Source: the human T2T-CHM13v2.0 reference genome, Homo sapiens. From it: a DNA stretch of 64,000 nucleotides. Made by a program: the position numbers and the translations under genes. Shown one piece after another: positions 47,480-60,265 of this stretch (its first letter is position 1; every line of letters starts with the position of its first letter). The notes beneath the pieces were generated by a model. It was not told the origin of the DNA. It was given only the letters and a program-made list of their open reading frames with translations, and searched no databases. Where the stretch lies: the NCBI RefSeq assembly GCF_009914755.1, contig NC_060931.1; one strand, given 5' to 3'.

Positions 47480-48197
47480 AAAGAAGTACAAAATGTCTAT
47501 TGTGTACACAGGAAAAATATATTAGAATAATGATTATCTTAAGTATACTACCTACCTTATTCGAGGTGATGAAGTAGTGGACTGCTACAAGTTTGTTGGA
47601 GAGAGGGACTAGAACTGTCCTTTTAAATGCTATATTCTATATCATAGCATTTTTGTCTGGCACTTAGTAGATCCTCAATAGAGATTGCTTGAAATAATAA
47701 ACAATATCACCTCCAAACTCAGGTTCACAAAATTTGAGTTCAGTGGCACAGTGGTGATCACATGTGCAGAGCCTCTTAGGAAAAGGAGGCCTAGAGAAGT
47801 ATTGAGTTAGATGCTCAGGTTCCAGAGCCAGGACTGGAACACAGATACTGGACTTCTGTCAAGCACAATATACTTTTCATGGCCTTTGCCCGTCATTCAG
47901 ATGTTTAAATTTGCTTAAAACAGTGCCATCTATTTTCTTTGGAGTTCGAATAAAAGTTCTTTCTAACAGAGTGAGTAATTCACACACAGATACTTAATAA
48001 TTTCCCTGATTATTTTTTCATTTAGAGATTTTCAAACTAACAACCAAAATATTCTGGTAGAAATAAGGTAAGGTTGAGAAGTAAATATTATAAACTGGTC
48101 TGTTTAGCCAGAGTTCCCCTAAGAGCCTTCCTCATTCCACCTCAAAGACCATTTTTTAGTTTTTCCAAGTGTCTGTGAATTGTGGCTGTGCATGCGC

Positions 48198-48200
<3 letters not shown>

Positions 48201-48246
<46 letters not shown>
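48201..48246. repeat. Compound (TG)14(AG)9 microsatellite
   Basis: Seen directly. Confidence 0.95.
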
Positions 48247-48247
<1 letters not shown>

Positions 48248-48799
48248 TTTTTACTTTAAAAAATTCTCATCACTTAAGCTTGACTGTTGCTTTTCTTCTT
48301 GCATGTAGCTTTTCTAACCAAATAAATTAAAAATACTTAAAATTGAGTATATTCCGTAATTGGTCCAATAAAAGAGGGGATGCATTGGAAGGGAGCTATG
48401 GCACAGGGATTAAAAAAAATGTTTTGCACCTGGCTCCTCTATATTAGGTGTGGAATGGCAGTCAAGCCGTTGAGCTGCTGTGGATTTCAATTAATGCATT
48501 TCTAAAATACTTTCCAGAAATTCAAGATGGTGATTATTTAAATAGTTGAAAAATACTACATCTCAATTTGGCCTATCTTTTTGTGTTGAAGATAGAGGAT
48601 GTAATCTTTTTTCATGTTCAGTAGACTGTGAGCTAATAGTTTTGTTAGGGGCTGAGAAATCAACATACACCTTACGGCACTGGAGAAGCAGAAACCTGGC
48701 TTAATTTCAGAAGTGCAGGAATCTTTGACAGAAATATTCTACTGTGAGGAAATAAATTTACACAAGGATCCCTTCTCAGAGTATTTACTAAAGTCTGAA

Positions 48800-50380
48800 A
48801 AGCCTTAATTTATTTTATGCCAAAATTTATGTTTATGTCATGCCAAATATAGTTGCTGATATTGTTAGGTATTAATTTGTGTGCCAAAAGATACTCTTTA
48901 TACTGTATTCTCTGATCACAATGTAATAAAGCAGAAATTAGTAAGAAAAAACAGTAATACAAAATAAACAACGATTTGGAAGGAACAAGCCATTAAAAAC
49001 TACTGAGTCAGAGGCAGTTTTTAAACAGAGCTCAACTAGAGATAGAAATAGAGAATGTTAAAACAGTCTTTACCATTGGATGGGGTGAAGTTGGAGAGAG
49101 GAAATGGGGAGATTTAGGCCAAAGAATACAAAATAGCACATGTGTTGGATTACTAATTAAGAGATCTCATGTACAACATGAGGATTAAAGTTAATAAAAT
49201 TGTACAGTATTAGGGATTTTTGTTAAGTAGATTTTAGCTGCTCTTGTCACACACAAATAGTAACTATGTGAGATGATAGCTATGTTCATCTGCTTCACTA
49301 TATAGCCATTTTACTATCTCTCTATATCCCATGTCATCAGGATATAAACCTCAAATACACACCATGAAATGTGTTTTTAAAACACTTGCAATCATAGGTT
49401 ATTTAGAAAATAGTAACACCATTAAGGGAATAAACAAAATGGTGCACCTTATGAGGTGCAGCCAAAGCTGTTCTCATGGCAAATATATTAGTATTAAATA
49501 ATTTCACTATGAAACAACAAACAACAACAAAAAACCCCAGCAAATCATTTAGGTATTTTTTAAGGTAAAATTTAAACATAATCTAGCAATGTTAAGGAGA
49601 ATGAGGTATGATAAAATATAAAGTTAAAGAATCAGTAAAAAGTGGAGTTTATATATGCAAGAGCTGGTTCTTAAAAATAATAATGACAAATGTCTGAAAA
49701 TATAGCTAAAAATGTTAAGTACAGTTATTTTAAAAATGAGTAAAGAAGTTTAAATGAAATATAAATTATAATAAAAATAGAAATTATAAGCTAACACACT
49801 GTGAAACTTGGTGGCAGGAAAAAAGTCAATGACTACTTATAATTTCAGAGTAGAAAAATACAGATTTTGAAAAGGGAAAAACTGGAGAAATATCATTTGA
49901 GGATTACTTCTCAAAATGTTTTTACCAGTTAGATTTTCAAATTTTCAAGAGATAAATTCTTATTTAATGAATAGAAGTTGCTAGAAAGTATTCCAATGAC
50001 TGTTTTTGAAGGTCTCATACTCCTGAATCTAAAACCTGACAGAATATCATATCACAAAAAATCTACAGACCAATAATTTTTATGACTTTATAGGCAAAAG
50101 TGTAAGTATAAAGTAGCAAATTAAATTTAGCAATATTTTAAAATAATAATTCACCTGAATCAGGAATGGCTTAGAGTCAGGAATTCATTAATAATCACAG
50201 AACTAGATCAAAAGAAAAAACATCTCACCAGAGATGGATAAAAAGCTATTCCTGCAGGAAAATATTAATAAACTAGAAATAATATAATCCTTATTATGTA
50301 AGAAAATGTATCTCAATCTATTTCATAATTTGTCAAATGCCAGAGGCATTCTTGTTACAATCAGGGCATGTTTTATATTA
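48800..50380 (+). mobile_element. Highly decayed L1ME-like ORF2 fragment (host of nested L1MA 3' end)
   Basis: A-rich sequence with L1 ORF2 motifs tattctctgatcacaatgtaataaagcagaaatt, gtgcagccaaagctgttctcatggcaaatat, ctacagaccaata. Confidence 0.6.
49028..49372 (+). mobile_element. L1MA (about MA4-6) 3' end nested in older L1
   Basis: gtacaacatgaggattaaagttaataaaattgta...gtagattttagctgctcttgtcac...taactatgtgagatgatag. Possible TSD gtttttaaa(a)ca on both sides. Confidence 0.75.
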
Positions 50381-51914
50381 AAGATTATTGGTGATGGTCA
50401 CTTTTTCAAAAATCACGTAACTTTTCCAGTGCATTAATAAAAAACATACGTTTATATCCATTATTTCCAGAAACTCCACTCAAATAGTAATAAGAATTTA
50501 AATTATGAATGCACAGGAAAAAGAATAGGAACAAAGATAATTGTAAAGAAGGAATGTTAGCAAATTTTAGGAATATATGAAGAGGGTGGAGGAGTTAGCA
50601 CCACAGAGGAAGTTCAGGTTCGATGTCTATAAGGAGAGTGACATTGAGAAGCAAGCTATTTTGCTCTCTGAAACTCTAATGGGTCCAGAGATTACAGGCG
50701 GGGATGAGGTTAAGGGCTGAGTACATAATGGTAGGTTAAAAATGTGTGTAAATAACAAATCACCAGATCACTTCTCTCCCCTCTTTGGCTCACTACCCTG
50801 CATACTTAGGAGACAACTTTTCTTTTTGTCCGGCAGGGTTTTAGAAGTTGATTATTAGAAGAAATTAATCCATAGATTTTGAGACTTTCAGACACCTGAA
50901 ATATGGGAAGCTGGGAGTGAGGGATTGAAAAGGGATTAAGAGAAAGTCTTCATATTGAAAGTGAGAATTGTCAACTTACTTCCCACCTGCCCACCATCTT
51001 TCAGAAGATTTTCCAACCCTAAGGAGATAAATAAAACCTTGAAAATAGGAAGAAGTGAAAAAATGGAACTTGGAAGAAATACATGTAATGCAGGGCACAG
51101 GAGAAAAATTAAAACAATTTAGCAATAGCTGCAGAGAGATAAAAATACTGATCTTTATGCCACCAACAATCTTAGGTCCTAATCTTGTGGCTTCTTCAGC
51201 AGGTAGGACGGTGACCCAGAGATCCCATCTCATGGTTCCTTTTTGATTGCTCATTGCCATGTTCCAAGGTTTCATCAGGCCCACAATGGTCTTGATGTAC
51301 ATGGATTTTCTTCTTATCTTAGTGCAAGTCTGGGAAGGCTATTAGCTGTTTTTCATTGCTTTAACTTGCAAGAGTCTATTGGAGCCTGGGAGAGTAAAAG
51401 GGCAAGAATTAGATAACTTTAATTTTAGACATCTCTAACGAGTCTGAAAAGATTAACGGGGAAAGTAGATTTATTCTCAGGTAAAGGGTGGGGGTAAATG
51501 CTGAGCTACTGTTTATCCTTCTAAGAATGTTTAGAATCTCTTTCTCATAGAAGGAAGTAAAGAAAAAGGCAGGATTATTAGCCCTGCTATACCTGGGGTG
51601 GTACCAAACCATCACCTTCACTGGCTGTCAGCAGAACTGATGAGTGAAGAAAGGATCATGGCTGATGCAATGGTGGGGAAGTGATTTTGTATGGAAGGCC
51701 AATCCATAAATAATGGCAAGTGTAAGACATGAACTAGTATATTTCAAGAAGTACTTCAGTCACACAGACATTTTGTAGTTTGTCTTTTTATTTATTTTAT
51801 TGCTCATGATGTAACATTGATGATGTAAATGATATAATTATAAAATATTTAGTTTAGAGCAATGCTTTTACATTTTCTCTTAAGAAAATTAAGAATTTAC
51901 CTTCTCTAGTCAGA

Positions 51915-52030
51915 ATGGCTGAGATCAAATTTTTACTCAAATGCTTGCTAGATATCAGGTCTTGGACAAGTATTTTAACCTCTTGTGCCTCAGTTTTTCC
52001 ATTTACAAGATAGAAATTAATAGCACATAG
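51915..52030 (+). mobile_element. MIR fragment
   Basis: cttggacaagtattttaacctcttgtgcctcagtttttccatttacaagata. Confidence 0.7.
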
Positions 52031-53394
52031 CATATCTTGTATCAGGTCAAACAGATGTTATTGTTAATGTTGTTGTTATTATTATAAGCATTTTGGCCTA
52101 GCCTCATTTTAAATCCTTCATGAGATGTTGCCCAGATCTGGTTATCCATGTGCTATATCCTAACCTCTCTCTTTGTGTCCCATGTTTTCACATTCAACCA
52201 CTGACCCAAATGCAGTCCACATACATAAGCAGAGTTAAGCAAACAAGGCTCTGTGGAATGAATTCTGTAATGAGAAGACTGTTGATTTATACTGTCCTCT
52301 CTGCTGTAAATAACATCTTCATTTTAACATATGTACTTTTCACTATGAATATATGTAAAATTGTCTCTATATTTTAAAGAATAAAACTGATAGAAATTTG
52401 GCTGCAATCCTAGCCATTTGGGTGAGATTTAATTATTATTGCTAGTTTAATCTCATGCTACATATTTCAAAAAGTCACTCTCCAAGTTCAGGATATTTAT
52501 TATAATACTTCATTATGCTAATTTCATGTTTTATAAGATGACAAGCTATTGTCATGATTTATTCCTTGTCTATATTCTTTTGAGGAAGCCAATTGAACGT
52601 TAAGTTCTTATGGATGTATTTCTTTAAAAAGTGGTAGTGTCATACCATGTACTGTCATTATTTAAAACTGTGACATTCTGACAGTGTGTCAGAAAAAAAT
52701 GGTGGCTGTGTGAAATTTACATGCCTAAGTTTGTAACTAAAACTAATTTTGTCAGGATATATTTTATAATTACCAATTTAAAGAAGCGTATAATTAAAGT
52801 AAAATGAGCTCTGCTTGTGCCTAGAAACATAATTTTTAATGCTTTTGTTAGATTTTCTTCAATTGAATTATAATATATTTAATTTATATCAGAAACAGTG
52901 ATAGAGTAAGATTATTTTTCAAAAAATTGCAGTCATTTGGAGAAATTCATGAACAACTTACTATATTAATTATTTTCACATTAATTTAGTGACTTTTAAA
53001 AGAGGAACAGCAAATCAACCAACTTTCAAATGCTCCCCCTTCTTATACTTCTGTATTTTATTTATAGCAGAGGAAAACCTTTCTTCCTTTCTTCCTGTCA
53101 GCTGTGCAGTAGCAGTTCTACTGAAATTGGATAAAGAATCTCCAAAATATGCTTTAGCACTTTGAGTTAGCCTCTGTTCAATAATTTGAGTAAGATGATT
53201 ATTTTTCTAGCTAAATCAACTACATGGTTTCATGATATAGGTCTAAAAAGCAGCTTATTTTTTTAACATTCCTGTATAACACTTTGAAAACATCCCTCAG
53301 TAAGGGGAATTTATTTTTACAGAGTAACTTTGTAGACATGTAATGAATGTTTTTTACATTTGGATTCTAATGTTATAATAATGTGCATTTTTAG

Positions 53395-53461
53395 TTCCTG
53401 ATCTCATCTTCCTTGCAAGGGCACTTGCTGACTCCGGCCAGCCTGATCATCTGGTAACAGC
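53395..53461 (+). other. Candidate 67-nt internal exon
   Basis: Branch-point-like ttctaat (53365-53371), acceptor catttttag|, a GC-richer body against very AT-rich flanks, and donor AGC|GTAAGA (alternative CTG|GTAACA at 53453). One open frame: PDLIFLARALADSGQPDHLVT. Confidence 0.35.
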
Positions 53462-53694
53462 GTAAGACTTGCAGCGTGTGTATGTGCTGAACTTCATTAC
53501 CATTGAGTAGAAATATTTAGTCGCCATATTAAAAAGGTTTCATTATTGAATGTATTTGAAGTGGCCCGCTTAGGAAATGATTGGGCATGTGCCACTACAT
53601 TCAAAAAAGATGGTGCATATTTTTAAAACCAGCTATCTTTCTGAAAATTGAAGGAGATGGGTAAATAACATCTATTTTTGTATAAAAATTAAAT

Positions 53695-53865
53695 AACTGT
53701 GAATGATGGATAAATCGCTTAACTTCTTTGGACTTCAGTTTTCTCATCTGTAAAATAAATGTAACATTATCCTTCTCTGGTGAGTTCAAATAGTTTTAAA
53801 AATGAGATAATGAGATAATCAATGTGAAAATGCTTTGAAAAGTATAGAGCACTGTGCAACTTTAA
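53695..53865 (+). mobile_element. MIR fragment
   Basis: cttaacttctttggacttcagttttctcatctgtaaaata...aatgagataatcaatgtgaaaatgctttg. Confidence 0.75.
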
Positions 53866-54339
53866 GGCATTACTATTTTTCACTATTGTTTTGATATTTA
53901 AATCTACAACAGGGTTAAGTACCTTTTTCCTGGTAAACAGGAATGGAAAAATAAAATTATTGTCTTTAAGATAATTCACATTTCAGAAGTAGAAATAGAA
54001 TGTGCACAGGCTATGAAGATACAGGGTAAGTTATATATAATCAATTGAATATGCAGTAACAACTCACCATGTTGGCAATGTTGCAGTGGGTGGTAAAGTA
54101 CCATTGCTATTCAAAGAAATATCTGAACAGAGGAAGAGAAATGACAACGATGTTGCAGTGATAATGACAACAATACGGATATAATCTCTATTGAGGCACA
54201 GGTTTTTGTCTCTTTTTCCTTAATGTTTTCTTAGATCCAAGGATTAGGCTCAAGGTACGTAGCAGGTACTTAATAAATATTTGGCAGTATTACTGAGTGA
54301 ATATCACTTACTTTGACATAAACAAAAAGTTTACACCTA

Positions 54340-57300
54340 TTTTCATGTCATCAAGAATGCATTTAGTATTTCCTACTTCTACTGAAAAGTCATGTAGTTT
54401 TTGTTATTTATTCTATTAATATGGCATCTTTTATTTATTGATTTTCAGATGATAAATCAATCTTGCATTATTGGGATAAATCCTACTTGGTCAAGGTATA
54501 TAATGCTTTTTATATAGTGTTGTATTCTATTTAAATAACATTGGTCTATAATTTTCTTTTCTTGTAATGTGTCCCTCAGATTTTGGTATCAGGGTAATTC
54601 TGATCCCATATAATAAATTGAGAAAGAGTCCTTAGTCTTTAATTTTTATGGAAGTTTACAGAGAATTGGCATTATTATTATTTTTTTAAATCCTCGGTAG
54701 AATTCAACAGTCAACTCCATCTGGGCCTAGAGCTTTTCCTGTGGAAGGATTTTAAATTATGAAACCAAATCCTTTAATAAATATCGTGCTATTCATGCTA
54801 CCTATTTCTTCTTGAATTTGGTAGTTTGTGTTTTCCAAGGAATTTGTCCATTTCATGTAAGTTTTCAAATGTATAGGCATAAAGTTGTTGGTAATATTCT
54901 CTTATTATGCTTTGAGTATATGTAGAATCTGTAGTGACGTCATTATTTCCATTCCTAATATTGGTAATTAGTATCTTGCCTTTTTTTTTCTCCATGATCA
55001 GTCAGGCTACAAGTTTGTCAGTATTCTGGCTCTTCTAAAATAATCAGCTTTTGATTTCATTGATTTTCTCTATTGTTTTTCTACTTTCTATTTTACTGAT
55101 TTCCACTCTGATCTTCATTATTGCCTTTCTTCAACTTCCTTTGGGTTTCATGTGCTTCTCTTTTTCTAGTTTCGTAAAGTGGAAGCTGAAGCAATTGGCT
55201 TAAGATCTTTCTTCTTTTCTACTATAGGCACTTAATGCTATAAATTTTCCCCTAAGTTCTATTTTAGCAGCAATCTGCAGATTTTGATATGTTTTCATTT
55301 TCATTGTTTAAAATATTTTTAAAAAATTAAAAAAGAATGTACTATGTGAAGTAATAGATATGATAATTTGCATAGTAGCTTCATTGTGTATATGTGGTTC
55401 AAAACTTTATATTGTACACCTTACAGTTATACACTAAAACATAAAAATAACATATTTCCTATTTTTTAATTCTTTTATCTGTAGATTATTTAGAAATGCT
55501 GTATTTATTTTCCACATATTTTAAGATTTTAACATATATGTTTCTGTAAGTGATTTCTAATTTATTCTACTGGGGATTAAAAACATAACTTCTATGACAT
55601 TAATTCTTTTAAATTTCTTGAGATGTGTTATTGCACACAATGTGGTCTATAAGACCACATTTATAGGTAAATATTCAATATGCATTTGAAAAGAATGTGT
55701 ATTATGCTGTTGAGTTTTCTACAAGTGCTAATGAGGTCAAGTATGTTGATAGTGGTATTTAAGTCTTGCATATTCTTACTGATTTTCTGTCTATGTTTTC
55801 TATCAGTTATTGAGAAAATAGTATTGAGATTTCCTACTATAATTGTGGATTTGTCTGTTTTTCCTTGCCATTCTGTTAATTTTTGCTTCATGTGTTTGGA
55901 ACCTTTTTTATTAGGTGCATAAACATTTAGGATTGCTATATCCTCTTGATAAATTGGCCCCTTTACCATTATGAAATGATATTTATCTCCAATAATATTC
56001 TTTGCTTTGCAAACTATATGTCTTAAACTTTCTTTTGATTAGTGTTAGCATAGTATATCTTTTCCACTCCATTCACTTTTAACCTATTTGAGTCATATTT
56101 ATAATGAGTACCTTGAAGGCTGCATATAATTGGATTTTTAATCCAATCTGGTAATCTCCACCTTTAAATTGGAATGTTTAGACCATATACCTTTAGTGTG
56201 ATTATTGATATGGTTAGGTTTAAATCTACTATTTTGCTACTCATTTCCTACTTGTTCTGTCCGTTCTTTGTTCCCTTTTTACTTTTGTACCTTTTTATGG
56301 GTTGATTATTTTGAAAATGATTCCATTGTATCTCCTTTTATTGGCTTATTGTCTACAACTCTTAGTTTTGTTATTTTAGTTGTTACTTCAGGATTTATAG
56401 TATACATCTTTAAATTGTAATCTATCTTCAAGTGATATTATAGCATTTCATGTATATCACGGGAATTTTACCAAAAGTGTGTTTCCATTTCTCCCTCCTA
56501 TTGTGCTGTCATTGTCATAGATTTTACTTTATATTAGTTATAAATCCCCATGCTGAATTTTTATGAGTTTTGTTTAAACATTCAAGTATCTTTAGATATT
56601 TAAATAATTAAAAATGTTTATTTTTTCATATGGTTACCTTCTCCTGTGCCTTTTATTCTTTGTATAAATCAATTTTCCCATTTGGCATCAGTTTCCTTCT
56701 GCTTGAAGGACTTCCTTAAACATTTGTTGAAGTCCAAGTCTGCTGGTGATGAATTCTTTCAGTTTTTGTATGTTTGAAGAAGTCTTTTCCATTTTCTGTA
56801 AGATATTTTGGCTGGGTATAGAATCCCAAGTTGACTTTTTTTTTTCTTTTAGTATTTTGAAAATGTTGGCTCCACTATCTTCTTGGTTACAATGTTTCTG
56901 ACATAAAATATCTGCCATCCTTATCTTTTTTCTTTTGTACTTAAAGTGTGTGTTTTCCCCCCTGACTACTTTTAAGATTTTCCCCTACCTCCATGACTCT
57001 TTTGGAGAAATTTGATGATAATGTGCCTTGGAGTAGTTTTATTCATGTTTTGTGTGTGTGTGTGTGTGTGTTTGTGTGTGCACACACACATGTGCCTGGT
57101 GGTTGTTGAGCTTTTTGATTCTGTGGATTTATATTTTCCATCAAAATTTGAAAATTTTTTTGCCAGTATTTCTTCAAATTATCTTCTACTCTTTGGGGGC
57201 TTCAAATATATGTAACTTAAAATGCTCCCACATGTTGACAATTCTCTCTTCTTTTTTAAAAAATTTAATTCTCTTTTTTCTGAGTGTTTCATATTTTGGT

Positions 57301-58330
57301 AGTTTCTGTTGCTGTATCTTCAGGTATGCTAATCTTTTTTTCCTGCGATATCTAATTGGCTGTTAGTCTCATCCAAAGTGTTTTTTATCTGACAGGTTAT
57401 AGTTTCATCTCTAGAACTTCTATTTTGTTCTTTCTAATGTCTTTTATGCCACTACTTAGTTTTTTGGACATAGGGGATACAGTGACACAACTGTTTCAAT
57501 GTGTTTTTTTCTATTTTCTCTTCAATTAATTCTAGGATCTCTATCAGTTTTTGGCCTATTTTGATTGATTAATTTTTCCTTATTTGGGGTTATATTTTCC
57601 TGCTAATTTGCATACCTGGTAATTTTTTATTATATGTGAAATAATGCAAATTTTACTTTCTTGGGTCTTGAAAAATTTTTTGTACTTCTATAAATATTCT
57701 TCAGCTTTATCTAAGGACAGTTATTTGAAAACAGTTTTATCCTTTTGGTTCCAGTCAGGCATGACTAGAGTAATGCTGTCTAGGGCTATTACTTCTCACT
57801 ACTCGGGGAAGCCTCTTCAGTTTACTGTACTCAGTGTCCCGTAATCAAAGAGGCTTTCCTCTCATTTCTAGCTTTTTGTGACCATAAAGAACTATTACCT
57901 TTAATTCTTTAGGCTTATTCTTTCCCTAGCCTCATTTAATTTCCTTACACACATGTACAGGTCAGTACCCTGCTGATTTTTCAAGGGAAGAACTTCTGTA
58001 TAGGCCTGGAATTCTCTGTGTTGTTTGGTGCTTCCCTCTCCTCTCTGATTCTTCCTCCTGTGAACGCTTTGGTGTTGTCAGACTTTCAGCTCTGTTTCTT
58101 CCACTCTGTGAGTTTCCTCACTTATTCTTCGGTTTCTGCTCACTGCCCCATCACTGGAAAATCTTTCAAGGCATTAAACTGGAACAATATTTGGTCTCAC
58201 CTTGAAAATTTCACATCTCACAGGGATTACTCTCCTTTGTTGCCTCATGTCCAGTGTCTTAAAATGTTTGCTTCAAATATTTTGTCCATTTTTAATTATT
58301 TCAGGTGGGATAGTAAATCTGGTTCATTAT
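54340..58330 (-). mobile_element. Long decayed L1 (L1M/L1MC-MD class): 5'UTR, ORF1 and the first half of ORF2
   Basis: ORF-track remnants: ORF2 endonuclease (55661-55969, KGPIYQEDIAILNVYAPN...TIIVGNLNT), ORF2 linker (54798-54995, IIREYYQQLYA..FENLHEMDKFL) and ORF1 C-terminus (56688-56918, KLKEFITSRLGLQQMFKEVLQAE). Many stops and frameshifts. Confidence 0.88.
55325..55450 (+). mobile_element. Short opposite-orientation L1MA/MB 3' end nested in the long L1
   Basis: actatgtgaagtaatagatatgataatt...tattgtacaccttacagttataca plus A-rich tail. Confidence 0.55.
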
Positions 58331-58424
58331 GCCATCTTGACAGGAAATGGAGTTTCTGACTCATAGTAATTTTTATATTACAAGAAAAATGTTTTAAATG
58401 CTTACTTTTTCACTTTTTATTAAG

Positions 58425-58570
58425 AAGGCTAATTACCTCTCTGCCTCAATTCCCTCATCTAAAAATTAGAATTATAGTTGTGCCTACTTTCGGAGTGGCT
58501 GATAAATTTTACTGATATAATGGTATAAATCACTGAATAGACACATTGCAAACACCCAATAAATTACTTA
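58425..58570 (+). mobile_element. MIR fragment
   Basis: acctctctgcctcaattccctcatctaaaaatta. Confidence 0.6.
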
Positions 58571-60099
58571 TTTTATCACTATTTTATATTACAAATCACA
58601 TGAAACAGTCTTTCATTTGTAAATGCTGTCTGTCCACTTATATTGAATTCAATTTCTATTTCTATTAAACAAGCTGAATATTTGCGTTATGTGCAAGCAA
58701 AGAGTGAAGTGGATCTACTGAATGAGAGAGAAGAATCATACATCTTGAAAGACAGGTGGTAACTGTGAATATAGTTAGTTGGGTAAAATTTCTTGGGAGA
58801 AATTGTATTAAGGACACTTACATGGTGCTCAAAATGTTCCTCTGAGAGTGAAATTCCCTATCCGGAGAAAAGATTCCCAGTAACAATTTGCCAAGTCATT
58901 TATTTATGACTTGGATCCTCTCGGTACCCTCCTGTATAAAATCTCCTGTCAAGGAAGACACACATTTATTTCCATCTTTCTCAGTAAAAGTTGGGCTGTT
59001 AAACCAGCAGCATGGGATTTTAACATATCTCTATGGTATCTTACTCATCAGTTTTTTTTAGGCATGTGTCACTAAAACTACCCACTGGAACACATTTCAC
59101 CGTTCCCTAAGGTGAAATGTAGAAGCTACTTAACAGTAAATACTTTATGTCTTATGAACTTTTGGCAAGGAAGGTAATTAGTAACTTGGTATTTAAAATG
59201 TCCAAGGAAATTTATGTTATATAAATTCTTAACACAGTTATAACATATTTGACAGAGTTTAATGGAAACAATATTAGGCATATTTCAAATCATCATAGAA
59301 TTCAGATTATCTACAGAAAATGTTGCCTAGTGTATGGTGTGTTCAGCTCTGCTGTGTCTCTACAGAATATTGAGAAAGGGAAGAAGGAGCGATTTTTTAA
59401 ACTCAAAATTAAAACAGAAATTTAAGCATATTTTTATATTAAAGAATACTTTGCTTAATGTACATTTTTAAAAACAGCAAAATATAAAACATAGAAATAA
59501 ATTTCTACCTTGGATCTAACTAGAGAGCTCTTTTGCCTTCTCTACTTTTCTTGGATTCAGTAAAAATAACAACCATTTCCGCATAGATTTTATGGGTACT
59601 GAACTGCATTTTCTCAAGAAAACATTATTTTCTTAGTAAATTCGCCTTTATATATGTATTTACTTCTAACAAAAAGAATCATAGTATTGTTTTATCAAAA
59701 AGTAAGCATAGATGATATTTATTTTAGGATACCCACTAAAGTAATACATAGCCTAGTCTAGTCTAGTATAGTTCAGAAATAGTTTAGTAAACCCTTATTT
59801 TTCCAATAACCCAACTGTATTGGGTCAGGACCAAGTCATATCTGCCTTCTTTACAATTTCTTCTGTGTTGAGCAATTCAATAGAAATATCACTTTTTAGG
59901 GTCTTAATGAGTAATTGTCTTGGGGGAGTGGCCTTTGACAGAAAATATTCAGTTTCTTAGCACATGTAATGTGAAAAATTAGGGTATTTCAGATTATAAG
60001 TAAAAGCTGGAAATGTCTTTTCAAAAATTATTTTTGTTTTGCAAATGCTATGACTAGTGTCTTGAACCCAGTAGATGAAAATATCTAATAAGATATCAG

Positions 60100-60265
60100 A
60101 GGTATTATTTGTTGATTATGTACTATGTGGTAGGAACTAGATCAAGCACTTTACGGATATTATTTCAATGACTTCTTCCAACAAGCTTATAAGGTATTAT
60201 TATCCTCATTTCACAGATAAGGAAACTGAGGTTGAATGGTTAAGAATATTGGCCAAGTAGCACAG
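60100..60265 (-). mobile_element. MIR SINE
   Basis: tattattatcctcatttcacagataaggaaactgagg. Confidence 0.75.

Noticed and set aside
50480-51660. Possible HAL1/L1ME 5' region followed by a MaLR internal fragment
   Set aside because: It looks repeat-derived but is too degenerate to assign family or boundaries by eye.
54798-56918. ORFs resembling endonuclease and L1 ORF1 proteins
   Set aside because: These are fragments of a decayed L1 with stops and frameshifts, not an intact or domesticated gene.
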